Of a stretch of 64,000 bases of DNA, positions 1 through 12,199 are shown one piece after another. The notes under the pieces were generated by a model that was not told the origin of the DNA, ran no database searches, and was given only the letters and a program-made list of their open reading frames with translations. The DNA comes from Gnetum montanum. Its lineage: Eukaryota > Plantae > Gnetophyta. The stretch covers positions 275,042 to 339,041 of the forward strand of contig MNCI01002242.1 in NCBI GenBank assembly GCA_015680685.1, given 5' to 3'. The position numbers and the translations under genes were made by a program. The number at the start of each line of letters is the position of its first letter. Within the stretch, counting starts at the first letter, position 1.

Positions 1-1707
1 CTTCACTCCTTAGACTCCTCTACAATTTTTAAAATAGTTTCAAACCTACTATCTAAGGAGTCCCACATTTGATCCGACACTTCTGTTGTTAATTTCTAAA
101 GCGGCAAGGTTTTCCTACTCACCAACTCTTCGAGTGGTGACTCATCCTCCTCCTCACAGAATCTTATTCCCCTCTTTCGAAGGGAAGGATCACGGTTATA
201 TTCTTCCGTGCTTTCTCTCTTACATAGCTCTCCTTCTTCCTTAGCTACTTACTTCAACAATATATGAACTTCATGGGACCTAAGTTTAGATAATCTCCCT
301 TGGGCATATATTCCAAGGGTTCTTCTAGGTTCATGTCTTAGCCCATCTACAAGATGACATAGTTGATCCCGTTGTGCGTAACCATGGCTCGGGCAATGAT
401 GTAGCAATGCATAATATCGGCCCATGGCAGCATCCAAGGATTCATGAGTTCCTTGCTTCCATCCTTGGATCTTTTTTCGTAAGTTGGACACTCAGGAGTA
501 CATTTGATATTTATCATTAAACAATTCCAGCATCGTACTCCACCTCCTAATGGTTTCCAGTTCTAAGGACCAGTACCAACTTTCCGCTTCTTTTATGAGT
601 GTCCTTGGGAACAACTTGCCACTCGTTCTCAATATTCTATAAGGCACAAGCATCATGAAATTCCTATAAGTGGTTCTGCGGATCAATGTTGTATCCTCCC
701 TCAAACCGTGGGATATTATTCATGTCTAGTCTCTTGATCCAGCTATCTTTCTAATGCCTTGTAGGTATTCTCACAGCCTCTGTTATGTTTAACATGCTTC
801 AGGTTGCTAGTAGGGGTTCTTCGTTGTCATTTCTCTCATGGCGTCTATGATGCCTACGTAGTTCCCTACTTTTTCTTCTTCCATGCCTAGATTCTCTCGA
901 ATGCCCTCGTCCTCACTCTCAACTCTCTCGTCAAGGTTTCTCACTATGCTTACCCTTATCCTCATAGTTGGGCTCTTTGTGACTATGTCCTGATGTGGAA
1001 GGAGAGGGTGAGTGATGCAATGAAGGTGAAGAAGAAGGGGAACCATCGCCATGAAAATGTTTCTTACCTTCTCTTCGATGATCCTGACCCTGATCGTGAT
1101 GATGATCAGAATGCTCACCCTTATCTTGTATTTGTGTTCTCTCATTAAACACTTGGTGTTCATGGGGATCAGAACCAGGGCTGTGTATTGTGGAGCAAAG
1201 GTTCTGATACACCACCTACTCACTATCGTTAGGAGGAGGAACATCAATTTGTGGAGAACCTATTAAAATAGGTTCACCACCCTTAATTTCTCTTATGATG
1301 GGTGAAGCATTATGGGGTCCTTTGCCTTTCAACAATGTGTGGTAACTCTCCTGCCATGCATCCCATTGACGTTGTGCCACTGTGGAATGGTAATCTCATG
1401 TGTCATAATCACATGCAACGTATTCTGCATATAGTTGCATCATGTCTATCTGTGCAAGAGCACGAAGGATCATGTTAGGGACTGCACAATCTGGGGGTAA
1501 CACTATGTTACCTTGCAGATCTCTCCAATGCAGTTGTTCATCTTGGTGGAGGATAAAGGTAAAATCGGATACATACTCATCATGATGAGTATAAACTACC
1601 CAATACTATTGAGGAACTAGTAGTTCTTGGTTATGTATGTTGTGCCACTGACTGTCTCTTGTGTTATCCCTAGGTGGTGAAGTGCTTTTTCGTGGAGAAG
1701 AAGACAT
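1..1707 (-). pseudogene. gag: Decayed gag (Retrotrans_gag-like)
   Basis: ATG at 1707 (MSSS...), His/Ser/Arg-rich linker, FPRTLIKEAESWYWSLELETIRRWSTMLELFNDKY and QG..ESLDAAMGRYYALLHHCPSHG motifs; contains stops and frameshifts. Confidence 0.8.
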
Positions 1708-1762
1708 TTTTATCTTGTCGATGTGCTATTGACCATTGTTTAAATTTTCTTCTGATTAACCN

Positions 1763-2313
1763 AGGGTGAAAAGACTAAGTGACTAACTTTCATTAACTAG
1801 TTTCTAATGCCCTAGCATTAGTATCCATCCCACTTATTGTTCACACCCTAAACCAATGCAACGCTACTAGGATTACCAAACACTATTCATTACTGGGTTA
1901 CCAAGCGTAACGCACATGCTCGAAGCGGTCATACTGAATGCACTTAACTAGGAGTTAAGGGTTGAGAGAAATTTAATTAACTAATAAAGCATTTAAACAT
2001 TTAACATTAATTAAGTCCTATTTAGCTTAGTCCATGCACTACAAGGTTTATCAGAAAGTTCGTCTTTATTTCTGTACACAAATGTGTGCTCAAGTACAAA
2101 TTTTCTCGAATAAAGATCCATTCACTTTGAGACTCTTACTGTGGGCACATGGAAATTATTCTATCTCTGGAAGGGTAAAACTACCAGAGTTTGGCTAAGG
2201 GTCTAGATCTAGATGGAGAAACAAGGGAAGGCTGCCTCTTATTTATAGACAAGGTGATGGGCTGTGATATCGCGTATGCGATATCACGGCCTATGCGATA
2301 TCGCGTCCCATCA
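1763..2313 (-). repeat. Athila 5' LTR (truncated by assembly gap)
   Basis: CGCGATATCGC palindromic array, CTATAAATAAGAGG TATA region and AATAAAGACG, all shared with the LTRs at 24651, 61167 and 62430. Confidence 0.85.
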
Positions 2314-4434
2314 CTTGTATTGATGTTTTTCAAATTTCTAGTTGAGTATAGAGATACAAGTTTTAATGAGACAATTATTTCAAATAGATAGGCTACTTGT
2401 TCTTACATGATCTATCTTTGATCTTTGATGTCAAATTGTGTGTTGTTGATCCTTTTTGGTTTAGTTGTAGCTCCTTGTTTTTCAATTGAAAGAGAAAATC
2501 TCAATGTATCATCAGCCCACCTATTCGATATTCAAGCGTAAGCTAAAGCAAGAAGTACCTATATTTCTATAAAATAAAGCAAATAGTTGATATTATTCCT
2601 TATAGCAATATGAGTAAGAACATGATCATTCTGTTGATGGCAAAGTATCCTTGGATTTGATTGAAACATCCCTTGAATAGTTTGCCTTGAGATGTACTTC
2701 CTAGTTCATGTATTTTAAATTTGGCATGGCTAGCTTCAAATTGTGAAGTTGTATTACTACCATAAAAGATATGCCCTATTCTTTTGTTGATGTTTTGTAA
2801 AGATGGAGAGCATTAGAATATTAATGAACCATGCAATACAAACTACTAATGACTTATTGGTTTAAAGACATGTTACTTAATCTTCAAGGATTATACTTCA
2901 CTTCAAGCTTTAAGTTTGAATGTCATCTAAAATAACTGGTTTAGTTCTTGACAAATTAGGGGTAGCTCTTCATGAAAATCAATGTTGAAAGATGTGCACT
3001 CTTTTACTCAATGTCTTTATCTCCTTAGAATTATCAGATGTTATTAATTATACATATTATATGATATTGCACTTCTATGATGTCTCTTTAACTAGTTTAT
3101 GTGACTTATCCTTTTTGCTACTATTCAAAAAGGGGGAGAGTAGGTTATGATGTGTTTGGAGTTCTTTCCTTGTCTACTAATCCATTTTCTTAAGTTTTGA
3201 ACATCACCAAAAGGGAGAGATTGTGGACCTTTTGGTGTGTCAAAATGTTAAGTAAAATGGAGATAAAGGTTGTGTGGTCATTGTGTTTTTAGGACAATGT
3301 ACTTGGAAAACTAAGGTGAGATAAAGCCTACATTGATGACAAGGAACGAACTAGTTTAGAGGTCAAAGGAGAAGGTCATCCACATGGTCTCAAGCGAACA
3401 TGCAAGAAGTCAAGAACATGGATAAGAAGCAAATAACTCATAAGCAAAGTTCTCATCATTGAAGCATGTGGAAGTGCAAGACTATGAATAAGGAACAAAG
3501 AATTCATCATGCAAAGGAAGGTGAAGAAAGAAATCTTAGAGAAACAATAGACATCTTGGTAGAACTAAAGGATGCATAGACAAAAACATCTCCATGAAAC
3601 AAAATATGTCTTTCATTAGGCAAAGACATCTTCATCAAACAAAGACATCTTCCTAGAATAGAGAGCAATTTCAAAAAGATGTCTTTTCTTAGATAAAGAC
3701 TTCTTACCAGAATGGAGGAAAATATAGAAAGATGTCTTAGGAATGAATAATACATCTTCCATGACCATTAGCTACTGTTAGCTAGCCATTGCATGAGTTC
3801 CAAGATGGCTTTGGAAACATGGTGACTATAAGAAGACATCACTTTGATTGGAAAATGTGCATGCTCTTGTACAATCATTGTATAATCATTTTTTAATCAT
3901 TGTAATAATTGTTTCTCCTCATTTTATTATCATTTATCCATTGTAAAGAGTGTTGTACCTCAAAGTGCAAGGATCAGCAAACTAAGTTGCATTCATCCCT
4001 TGTAATTGTTATTCTTCCTTAGACCTTGTAGGGTTGATGTGCTTCTTACAAGTAGGCATCTTTTTTGAGCTTGTTGGGATCCTATAGGATTGTGTGGTTG
4101 GTGTTGTGGCATAACACTCTAGAGCGAAGCTCAAGATTGTAAAGTTTGTGGAAGCTTGGAAACCACATTCTAAGCTTAATGGAACCCTGCAGGGTTGAGT
4201 GGTTGGTGCAACTTCAGAATACTCTAGAGTAGGGCTTAGAGATTGTATAGGGTGTGGTACCCTTAAAACCACATTTGAGAGTAATAAAGTCTAGAGGTAT
4301 GCTTGTGATCTACCCTCTCAATGTGGACTACAAATGTTGGGGAACCACATTAAATTTGATGTCTGTGCTTCTTTCAAAGAATTTGAATTTGGGAAACTTA
4401 TTCATCCCTCCCCTTCTAAGTTCAATGATCCACA
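2314..4434 (+). mobile_element. 3' end of Ty1/copia Sirevirus (SIRE/Maximus)-type element
   Basis: Two PPTs (AAAAAGGGGGAGAG 3127-3140; AAAAGGGAGAGA 3209-3220) precede an LTR with TGTGGA...TCCACA ends. C-rich TTATTCATCCCTCCCCTTCTAAG motif near the LTR 3' end. Left boundary is uncertain. Confidence 0.7.
3222..4434 (+). repeat. Sirevirus-type 3' LTR
   Basis: 6-bp terminal inverted repeat TGTGGA/TCCACA, immediately after the PPT; AGACATCT/AGATGTCT motif array in U3. Confidence 0.8.
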
Positions 4435-7400
4435 ATGTCCATACCATAGCCTCTATGATAATCTTACCAAACTCATTTACCAAGTTAGTGCATACTAACA
4501 AAAAAGATAATTAAATAAAACATAACTTAAGGACATAATATAACATCCAAAGCATAGTGAGCATAAAAGCACAAGGTAATGTACTAATCTAGGCATTTAA
4601 AAATATAGGTTACTACATTCTTCTCCATCTAAGAATCTTCCTTTTGGAAGACCTCAAGATGGAATGAATGAATATTAGATTCAATCTCCCAAGTCAACTC
4701 TTAAGAACCATGACAGCTCCATAAGACTTTTACCATGGAAGTTATCTTACTATGTAATTTTCACTCCATGCCATCCACAATCCTAATGGGATTCTTCACA
4801 TATAAATCATTATCCTAAAGCTATATATTGGTCCAATCGATAACATGGCTATCATTGGGAACATACTTTCAAAGCATGGATACTAGAAAACCTCATGCAA
4901 GCTTTAAAGGGATGGAGAAAAACTCATATGATATGCCACCTCTCCTATGCACTAGATAACATCAAATGATCCAATGAAGCATGATGCAAACTAAACTTTC
5001 TCAATGCAATACATCAAGTGTTTAAGTGAAGATACATGAATGGATACCTTATCATTAATTATGAACTTAAAAATATCTTCTCTAATAATTTATGTAGCTA
5101 GCCTAATGGTTTTAAGCTACTTAGAATCACCCACAAATATCTTTAATCAACTCTTTCATGCATAAAAAGATATCTATATTGACTTGATATCTATCCTCAA
5201 TCACATTCCAACATAAAAGAGTTTTGCAAGGTCTAACATACAAAATCTTATTAGGTGTTTCTTTAAGACTTGCTTGCTAGCTATTGTTGTAGATAAATTC
5301 ATTCAATGATAATAGAATATTCAAGATATTTTAAAAATAGAGTTCACAAGACTAAAGCATGTTTTTTAAACCTTGGTTGATCCTCTCAACTTGGCCATCC
5401 ATCTATGGATGATGCCCTAAACTCAAATTCAGCTTATTACCCAAGCTATCCATGAATGCTTAATAAAATATAGAGGTGAATTTGATATCATGATCAGAAA
5501 TAATTTTGATAGGAATGCCATGCAATTGAATAATATTAGAGATGAATAACTAAAAAAAATCCTCTATGTTGGTTGTTATCCTCATGATAATGAAACTAGC
5601 TGACTTAGTTAATAAGTCAATAAAAAGAAGGATGGCATCATTTGCAACCATATTGTGATATAAACTAGTGATGAAATCGATACAATCACCTCATACTTAT
5701 ACTTTGGAAAAGTATGGGGGTATATGTAGCCATTGGTCACTAATGCTCAAGCTTATTCTACTAGTAGATTAAGCACCTTGTCACATATTGTTCAACTTGC
5801 ATTTTCATGCTTAGCTAGTAGTACAACCTCCTAAACATTGGATACATCTTGTCATTACTAGAAGACATCTAAAACTCACTAAGGTAAGCTTCCTCTAGCA
5901 AATTCCATCATAATGAATTAGACACACATATATAATCCTCATGATGAAAAAAGCATAGTGCATCTACCATGGATGATAGATTACTTGAGTGTATAAAATA
6001 CTTGCACTAAGGATCTCATTGGTGATTTATCCAAATCATATGTAGCATTTCTAAATGAATCACCAATCTATGAAGCTTAGTAGCCACATGGCTCAAGCCA
6101 TCCACAATAATGTTTCTTTCTTCTATATAATATTTGATAGTAAATTAAAATTTTTCCAACAATTTAACTCAGCTCCTTTGACATAGATTCAACTATGATT
6201 GATTCATCAAGCATTGTAGCTCTTCATGATTAATCCAAATTGTCAACCACTAATCAAAGAAATAGTGATGCCAGATCTTTAAGACAAATATTAGTGCTCC
6301 TAGCTCAAGACCATGATTGGGATAACATGCTTGATGAGGCTTCAAATATTTCAAAGGATACACTATTACTTTCCCCTCTTACATTAGGACACATCCATAA
6401 CCTTCACTTGATGCATCTATGTAAACACTGTATAGTTCATACTGTTTAAGAAAAATCAATATAGAAATCAAAATCTATCTAATTTTAAGTTCATATAAAG
6501 TAGCATAACATTGTGGGTCATATAGGAACTTAACATCCTTCTATAAAAGGCTTTTGAAAGGTAAAGATATGTAGGAAAATTCCTTAATAAGCCTTCTATA
6601 GTAACCTACCAAACCAAGAAAACTACGAACCTTCTTGACATCCTTAAGGATAGGCCAATCCAAAATAGTGGATATCTTAGTGAGGTCCATCACTATACCA
6701 ACCTCCAAAATAACATGTTCCAAAACTTGAATTTCATGGTGTCAAAATAAACACTACAATGTTTGAGTAAATAATGGATGTTTCCTAAGTGTATACAACA
6801 TTTTTTCTCAAATGCTACTCATGAAGATTCTTTGATGACAAGTTTACTACAATGTCAGCAATAAACATCATGAAAAATGATCTAGGTATGGTCTCATCAT
6901 ACTAATCATGAGATGTAGTAATATTGTAGTAGCATTAGTGAGTCTAAACAATAAATCCATGAACTCATAATATCTCTATCATTTATTAAAGGCTATCTTG
7001 GAGACATCTTTCTCTTTGATGAAGGCATAATGATATCCTAAATTTAGATATTTTTTTAAGAACATCCATGCTTCTCTTAACTGGTTAAATAAACCATCTA
7101 TGTAAGGTAAAGGATACTTGTTTTTTTATAATCATTTGCTTAAGCTATTAATAATCGATGCACAATCTTATGCTACCATCCTTCTTCTTGATAAAGAAAA
7201 TAGGGGTATTCCAAGGAGACATACTTGCATGATCTAGATCCTTATCCCATAGCTTCTAAAGTCGAATCTTTAGTTTAGCCAACTTGACATTGTGTTATCA
7301 AATTTGAATTTTTCTACCTAAGATAATGTTTTAGGCACATTCTATGACTTCTCAGTAGTCTAGATTTAACATCTTGTATCATGTACAATGTGGTTTCTAG

Positions 7401-8853
7401 TCTATATCTTCATCTTTTACCAAAAGCAACATCTCACATTATTTGAAACATTATTTTTATATGTTCATCTACTATATTTAGTTTCAACATTCAACATCAA
7501 ATCCTACATTAATCTTGACTTTAATTCTTAGGTGAAATCTACTTTTCAAAGTACAACATCAATTTTTCTTTTGATGTCTTGCATAAATATCTCTTTTAAA
7601 GTTTGATGTCATTTTTCATATCAATTATCCACATGTTGATTCTCCTATTTACAATCTTGTAGATTGTATGGATCCCAATGCATCATTTCTTCATGATCTA
7701 TAAGGCATTTTGGGTTATCCCTAAGTGGAAAGGGGTTGAATTGGCTTTTCATTGGATTTAGTTAAAGCTCTTCCAACTATTATTGCAATTAGGTACAATA
7801 TGCTCCTTACTTGCATTTGGGTAATTTGGAAATCTTTTAAAAGATTCATCTTCTCTATAGAACAACTATTCTCCATATAGCAATGCTAGCTCTTTTTTTT
7901 TATCTCCATACAGAGATACTTACTCTCTTTTTTAATTCTCTTTCTTTCTTCCTTTTGATACATTTGTATCTACTTCATGCTATTTTCTTCACACATGGAG
8001 AGTCATTCAAATTTGGGTCAACATGCTAATCTAATTTAATCTTTCCTTGTTAGCTTTTGAATTTGTAATGTTCTTATTAAATCTACATCAACCACATGCA
8101 TTATAGAGAGAATGGGATAACACAACTCCTCATCTAACATCTTTGATCCCTAATCCATTTCTCAAGATTTTCATAATAGGTTTTATATTCCTTTTTCTCT
8201 ACCATTCTAATTTGTTCATTTTAGTTTCTTATTTCTGGCATTGTACTAGATTTGATTTAAGCATTTATTTTTTAAAGTTTAGCATGGAATGGTTTAGATA
8301 TATTTTTTCTTTATACGCTTTGTTTCATCTCTTTTTTGTCAGTTACATGCATATTTTGACCTATTTCATTTTACATTACACAAATATTCTATTTATTTAT
8401 ATTTTTTCAACTATTCCATACATGTTATTTTTCACATTATACTTGCTAATGTTTGGCAAAAACATTATCTCAAGTTGCCAAATTTTTTCAATAATCTAAA
8501 AGTCCTATTTAAATTTAAGAAAAATATATTTTTATTAAAAAATTTAGTGGTCATGTGATTTCATGGCTCAGTTTCGTGATAGGTTATGTCAAATCATGTA
8601 TTACAATGATTTTTAAAATAACATCTTTTTGGTACTCAAGGGAGAACCTCTGTGAAATTAATGTCATTTCTAGGATTCCGTCTCTACTAGTGTTTATACA
8701 CTATTTTCTAAGTTTTAATGAAATGTTATTTTAAAAAATTAACATGTTGATTCTTTGTGACTTTTATGCTTCATTTGAATAGAAAATTCTCATCTTCTAT
8801 TTCATGTGTGAACCTATTTGTAGGAAAAACCAAAGCTCTAGTAACAGCTTTGT
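4435..8853 (-). mobile_element. Decayed Ty3/gypsy chromovirus (Tekay/Del-like)
   Basis: Degenerate Met PBS (plus GCTCTAGTAACA ~8835-8846), RT/RH/INT remnants, PPT (plus TTCTTCTCCATCTAA 4618-4632) abutting the 3' LTR start at 4617. Confidence 0.75.
4640..7330 (-). pseudogene. pol: pol remnant: RT, RNase H, integrase, chromodomain
   Basis: RLCIDY, KNKYPLP, YEFMDLLFRLTNA, VRSFLGLVGYYRRLIKEFS, HP.MDGQVERINQ; C-terminal VKVLW.....ELTWE.E chromodomain. Confidence 0.8.
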
Positions 8854-9423
8854 TGTGACATCCCATCCCTAGATGTCATGGAAAACATAAAATATACGTT
8901 ATGTTAGACATTAGGCATAATATGATAATGTAGAAAATGTCAAATATATGTAACATTTGACATTAAGCGTAACAAAAATAATAGGGAAAATGCAGAAGTA
9001 AAAAGAAAAGAATGCTTTATTGATGCGGAATAGTATATCTGGATCATGCTTTGAGAGTATTCCTTATTTTCTTCCTTTGGTATCTATCACTTAGAGGCAA
9101 TCCAGCACTACAACCATAGTTAGGCCTACAACCAACCAAAAGATATGGTCATTCCTCCTCTTGTCTGCTTCACCCATACCCTGTTACTTACCTTTGCTTG
9201 CTTTGAAACTGCATGCTAATACTACCTCTAATGCTTGGGTATAAATACCTTTGGTCAAACTCCCAAATGTTACCTTGAGAGATACTTTTATGATTACAAC
9301 ACATCCTTTTGAGTATTAATTACAACTCCCCTTTTGGATCTTGTTACAATAATGATAACACTTATTATGAAGAGGCACCGTCTATATTATGTAGTAGCAC
9401 CATTTGGAAATAGGGACATTACA
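8854..9423 (-). repeat. 3' LTR of cargo element
   Basis: Plus TGTGACATCCC...GGGACATTACA; collinear with 14209-14826, 18285-18850 and 22262-22834. Confidence 0.9.
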
Positions 9424-9438
9424 ATCTACCTCTCTTAG
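9424..9438 (-). other. Polypurine tract
   Basis: Minus CTAAGAGAGGTAGAT immediately before the LTR-initial TGTAAT. Confidence 0.65.
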
Positions 9439-9829
9439 ATTTCATTCATTCACAAATGAGTCCATGTTCACTATCTTTTTCAAGCTCAAATGCTCTTTTT
9501 ATGATCCTATGCTCCAATAATTTCATTTCTCCTTTAGGCTTGAGGTTGTTTCTTGCTTATTCTACAAACAAAATATAACTGAAAAGAATATATATAAGTA
9601 TTAAATATTATTTTATCAATAATTACCTCATTTTCTAAGATAATGACAAGAGGCAAATTAAAGATCTACCAACCACTAGTCACAAGTCCAACTCGTATTT
9701 GGTTTACCAAAGTGAAGGTAGGGCAAATCCCTTATTCCCAACTTTCATTACCCTAGATATTTTACATATCAAATTAAAATATAAAGTAAATAATAAATAA
9801 AATTATGAAAATAATAAATAAAAGTAACA

Positions 9830-11038
9830 TTAAGATACTTCCTTATCTTGATCAACCTTAGGAATTAATGGAAGTAATTGTAGTTCTATCATAAGTGGTA
9901 TATGATTGGATGGTCTTGTTCGTTGAGATGGAAAGGCTTGATCCTACTTCTTCTCAACTTCTTCTTTAGAAATTAACTCTAGTAACTTGATAACTTGGAA
10001 GAATTAGATATCATACCAAATATAATCCAAGGTCTTAATGAAGAATGTTGTTGACACATCTTCATTAATTGTGGTAGATTAATTGTTGAACTATGGTTCT
10101 TGATGAGTACTATCCATCAACATCATCTGTTTCTGAATTCTAGGATATGATTTATCTATTAAATATTTCAAGTAAGTAGAATATGTACTGGTGAATGGAA
10201 TTGTATGTTTAATTGATGAGAGCATCTTCTTCAAATTAGGTTTGTCTTCAAAGGATTCCTTTACATATCCATATTTTAAGAATTGATGAACACTACTTCC
10301 AACTTTCACATTGAAGTCTGCACAAAGGAAAATTGATACTAGATTGGTATGTCTTAGGAATAACTTATTCTTCAAACTTTCCTCTATTTTCTTAATAAAG
10401 TATGCTCCTTGGCATAGTCTAACATCTAGACATGTTGATTTGGTAATTAAATGTGTGTTAACAATGCATACATATCCTTCTAATAACTTGATTTTTAGTA
10501 TCATTGACAAAGCTATATTGCTTCTTTGGAACATTGACCATTCTTTATTTCCCATGATTTGAAGTTTTGGGAGTTTAAAAATCATATTTTCTAAACTCCA
10601 TTCAAATCTTTATACTCATTCAAATTTGGCTTCTTTATAAAATATTATGCAACCATCCATGTTATGATTTCTGTAATAGGATAATTTGTATAGCTCAAAA
10701 GAAGAACTTCCACAAAAACCTTTTTTCTTGTAAATACCTTTGTATCCCATATTTTCCATGTTCGATTAGAATTGATATCAAAATTCCCATGGCAAGACTT
10801 CTCATATGCATAAAACATCAGCATCCAAATCTTATAACTTTGCTAAGATGCATGGGTATCGATACTCATGCAAGTTCAAGACTCACAGTGGACATAATAG
10901 ATGTTGTATCTTGCAAGCTAGGCAACTTGCTAGCACATTATATGTTACCACTTTCATTCTTATTCTTGGATTCTCTTCTAAGCCATTACTCTTTATGGGT
11001 ATCATACACCTTGTCAAAGTGAGATTATGACTCTTCAT
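9830..11038 (-). pseudogene. CCR4/nocturnin-family (EEP) deadenylase-like gene; one frame, 11 internal stops, no frameshift
   Basis: Manual translation gives, in canonical order: KVVTYNVLA, CPL*VLN...YR, DADVLCI*EV, MGYKGIYKKK, DGCIIFYKEAKF, NIALSMIL, CIVNTHL, DVRLCQ, FLCADFN, GSSVHQFLKYGYV, HTIPFTSTYS, EP*FNN, FIKTLDYIWY, LLELI, FPS...PSNHIPLMIE. Includes track ORF 10091..10585. Confidence 0.9.
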
Positions 11039-11978
11039 GTTATTTTTTCATATGCTTTGATTGCAACAAAAATTGATATAAATCTTCTTAACCATTCTGG
11101 TTCACCAACTGATTCTTCAACTAACCTTTTTAGTAATAACTAGCTACATTAGCTAAACTCTTTAGTGACCCTTCTTTCTATCCTTCTTAGAACACTGACT
11201 CTGGTAGTGTAATAAATGGCACATCAAGGGATAGTAATCTCAAGACTATTTGCAAAGATTAAGCACTTAGTCTTAAGTTCTAGATGATTAAATTTTCTAG
11301 TCCCAATAATTAATTATTAAGCATGATTAGCTAGCCTAAGTTATGGTCTTTTAAGGCACAATTTATGATTTCATAGAATTATTAGGTACTTGGATAATAA
11401 ATCTAACCTCATCATTTAGTTTAGAGGGTTCAAAAATATTAGGAATGACTATTCATATGTTAGAAATGGGCATCATATGCTCACGTTATACTAAAATTAA
11501 GTCTCTAAGGGTATAGAGGCACCATGTTTGGCAAAGAGTGAAAACTAATTTCTGGGACTTCATGGGGTATATTTGACTTCACAATTATGTCTAGAAGGTT
11601 GAAATTTTTAAGAAACCACTCCTTGTTTGTTGAAAAAGGCTTCTAGAGATAAAAGTTATGGCTTTTGCGATCTAAAACCTTTGGCATAGAAAATGAGACT
11701 TCTTGAGGTCACTTATCCTAGCACTACTCCAAAATGAGCATGCTTAATTACAAATTTTTCATCCCATCTATTGGAAAAACATCAATTTTAATTTCTTGTT
11801 AAATTTTTCTTCCTTTGAATATTTAAATTTTCCCATCGAAACATTAATTTTAAAAATTTTTCATTATTTGATGGTTTGAGAATGTCCTTCAATTGCTTGG
11901 AACATTTTCATAACTAACAAAAAAATTTCTGGTGCCTGAAACTATTGAAGGACGTAGCTTTTTTCAATGCCACCAATG

Positions 11979-12185
11979 TTTGCGAGTGTCTGAGGAGGTG
12001 ATCATTTCTAGCACTAGCGGTGTTCACGGTTGTCAAAGGAGGCAATGATTTTTGATGCTGGTAGTATTTATGGGTGCCAGAGAAGATGATTATTTTTGGC
12101 ATTAATAGTGTTTATGGGTGCCAAAGAAGGTGACTTTTGTCGTTGCTAATGTTGTCCATGGGTGCTAAAGGAGGTGGCTTTTTCT
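11979..12185. repeat. Degenerate 44-bp tandem repeat, ~5 copies
   Basis: Units start at 11979, 12023, 12067, 12111 and 12155 (consensus approximately TTTATGGGTGCCAAAGGAGGTGA..TTTT). Confidence 0.75.
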
Positions 12186-12199
12186 AGAGTAGTTTGCAA

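Larger units (their letters stand above)
1..2313 (-). mobile_element. Athila-type Ty3/gypsy element, 5' part (5' LTR + gag), runs off the left edge
   Basis: Minus strand starts TGATGGGACGCGATATCGC at 2313. The LTR and gag start are collinear with the element at 61167-62212. U5 and PBS are lost at the N at 1762. Confidence 0.85.

Noticed and set aside
931-1215. His-rich ORFs (also 55022-55291) as metal-binding proteins
   Set aside because: They are the low-complexity gag linker or its antisense reading.
8143-8499. Hydrophobic Phe/Leu/Ile-rich ORFs (also 15304, 26869, 39376, 40428, 42482)
   Set aside because: These are by-products of T-rich non-coding TE sequence with no conserved motifs.
8835-9423. 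8854 LTR as the 5' LTR of the Tekay element to its left
   Set aside because: It does not match that element's 3' LTR start at 4617, the PBS spacing differs, and it pairs with 14209-14826.
9830-11038. EEP domain as a LINE (L1) endonuclease
   Set aside because: YNVLA, NTHL, DVRL.Q and TLDYIWY fit the CCR4 clade, and no non-LTR RT follows.
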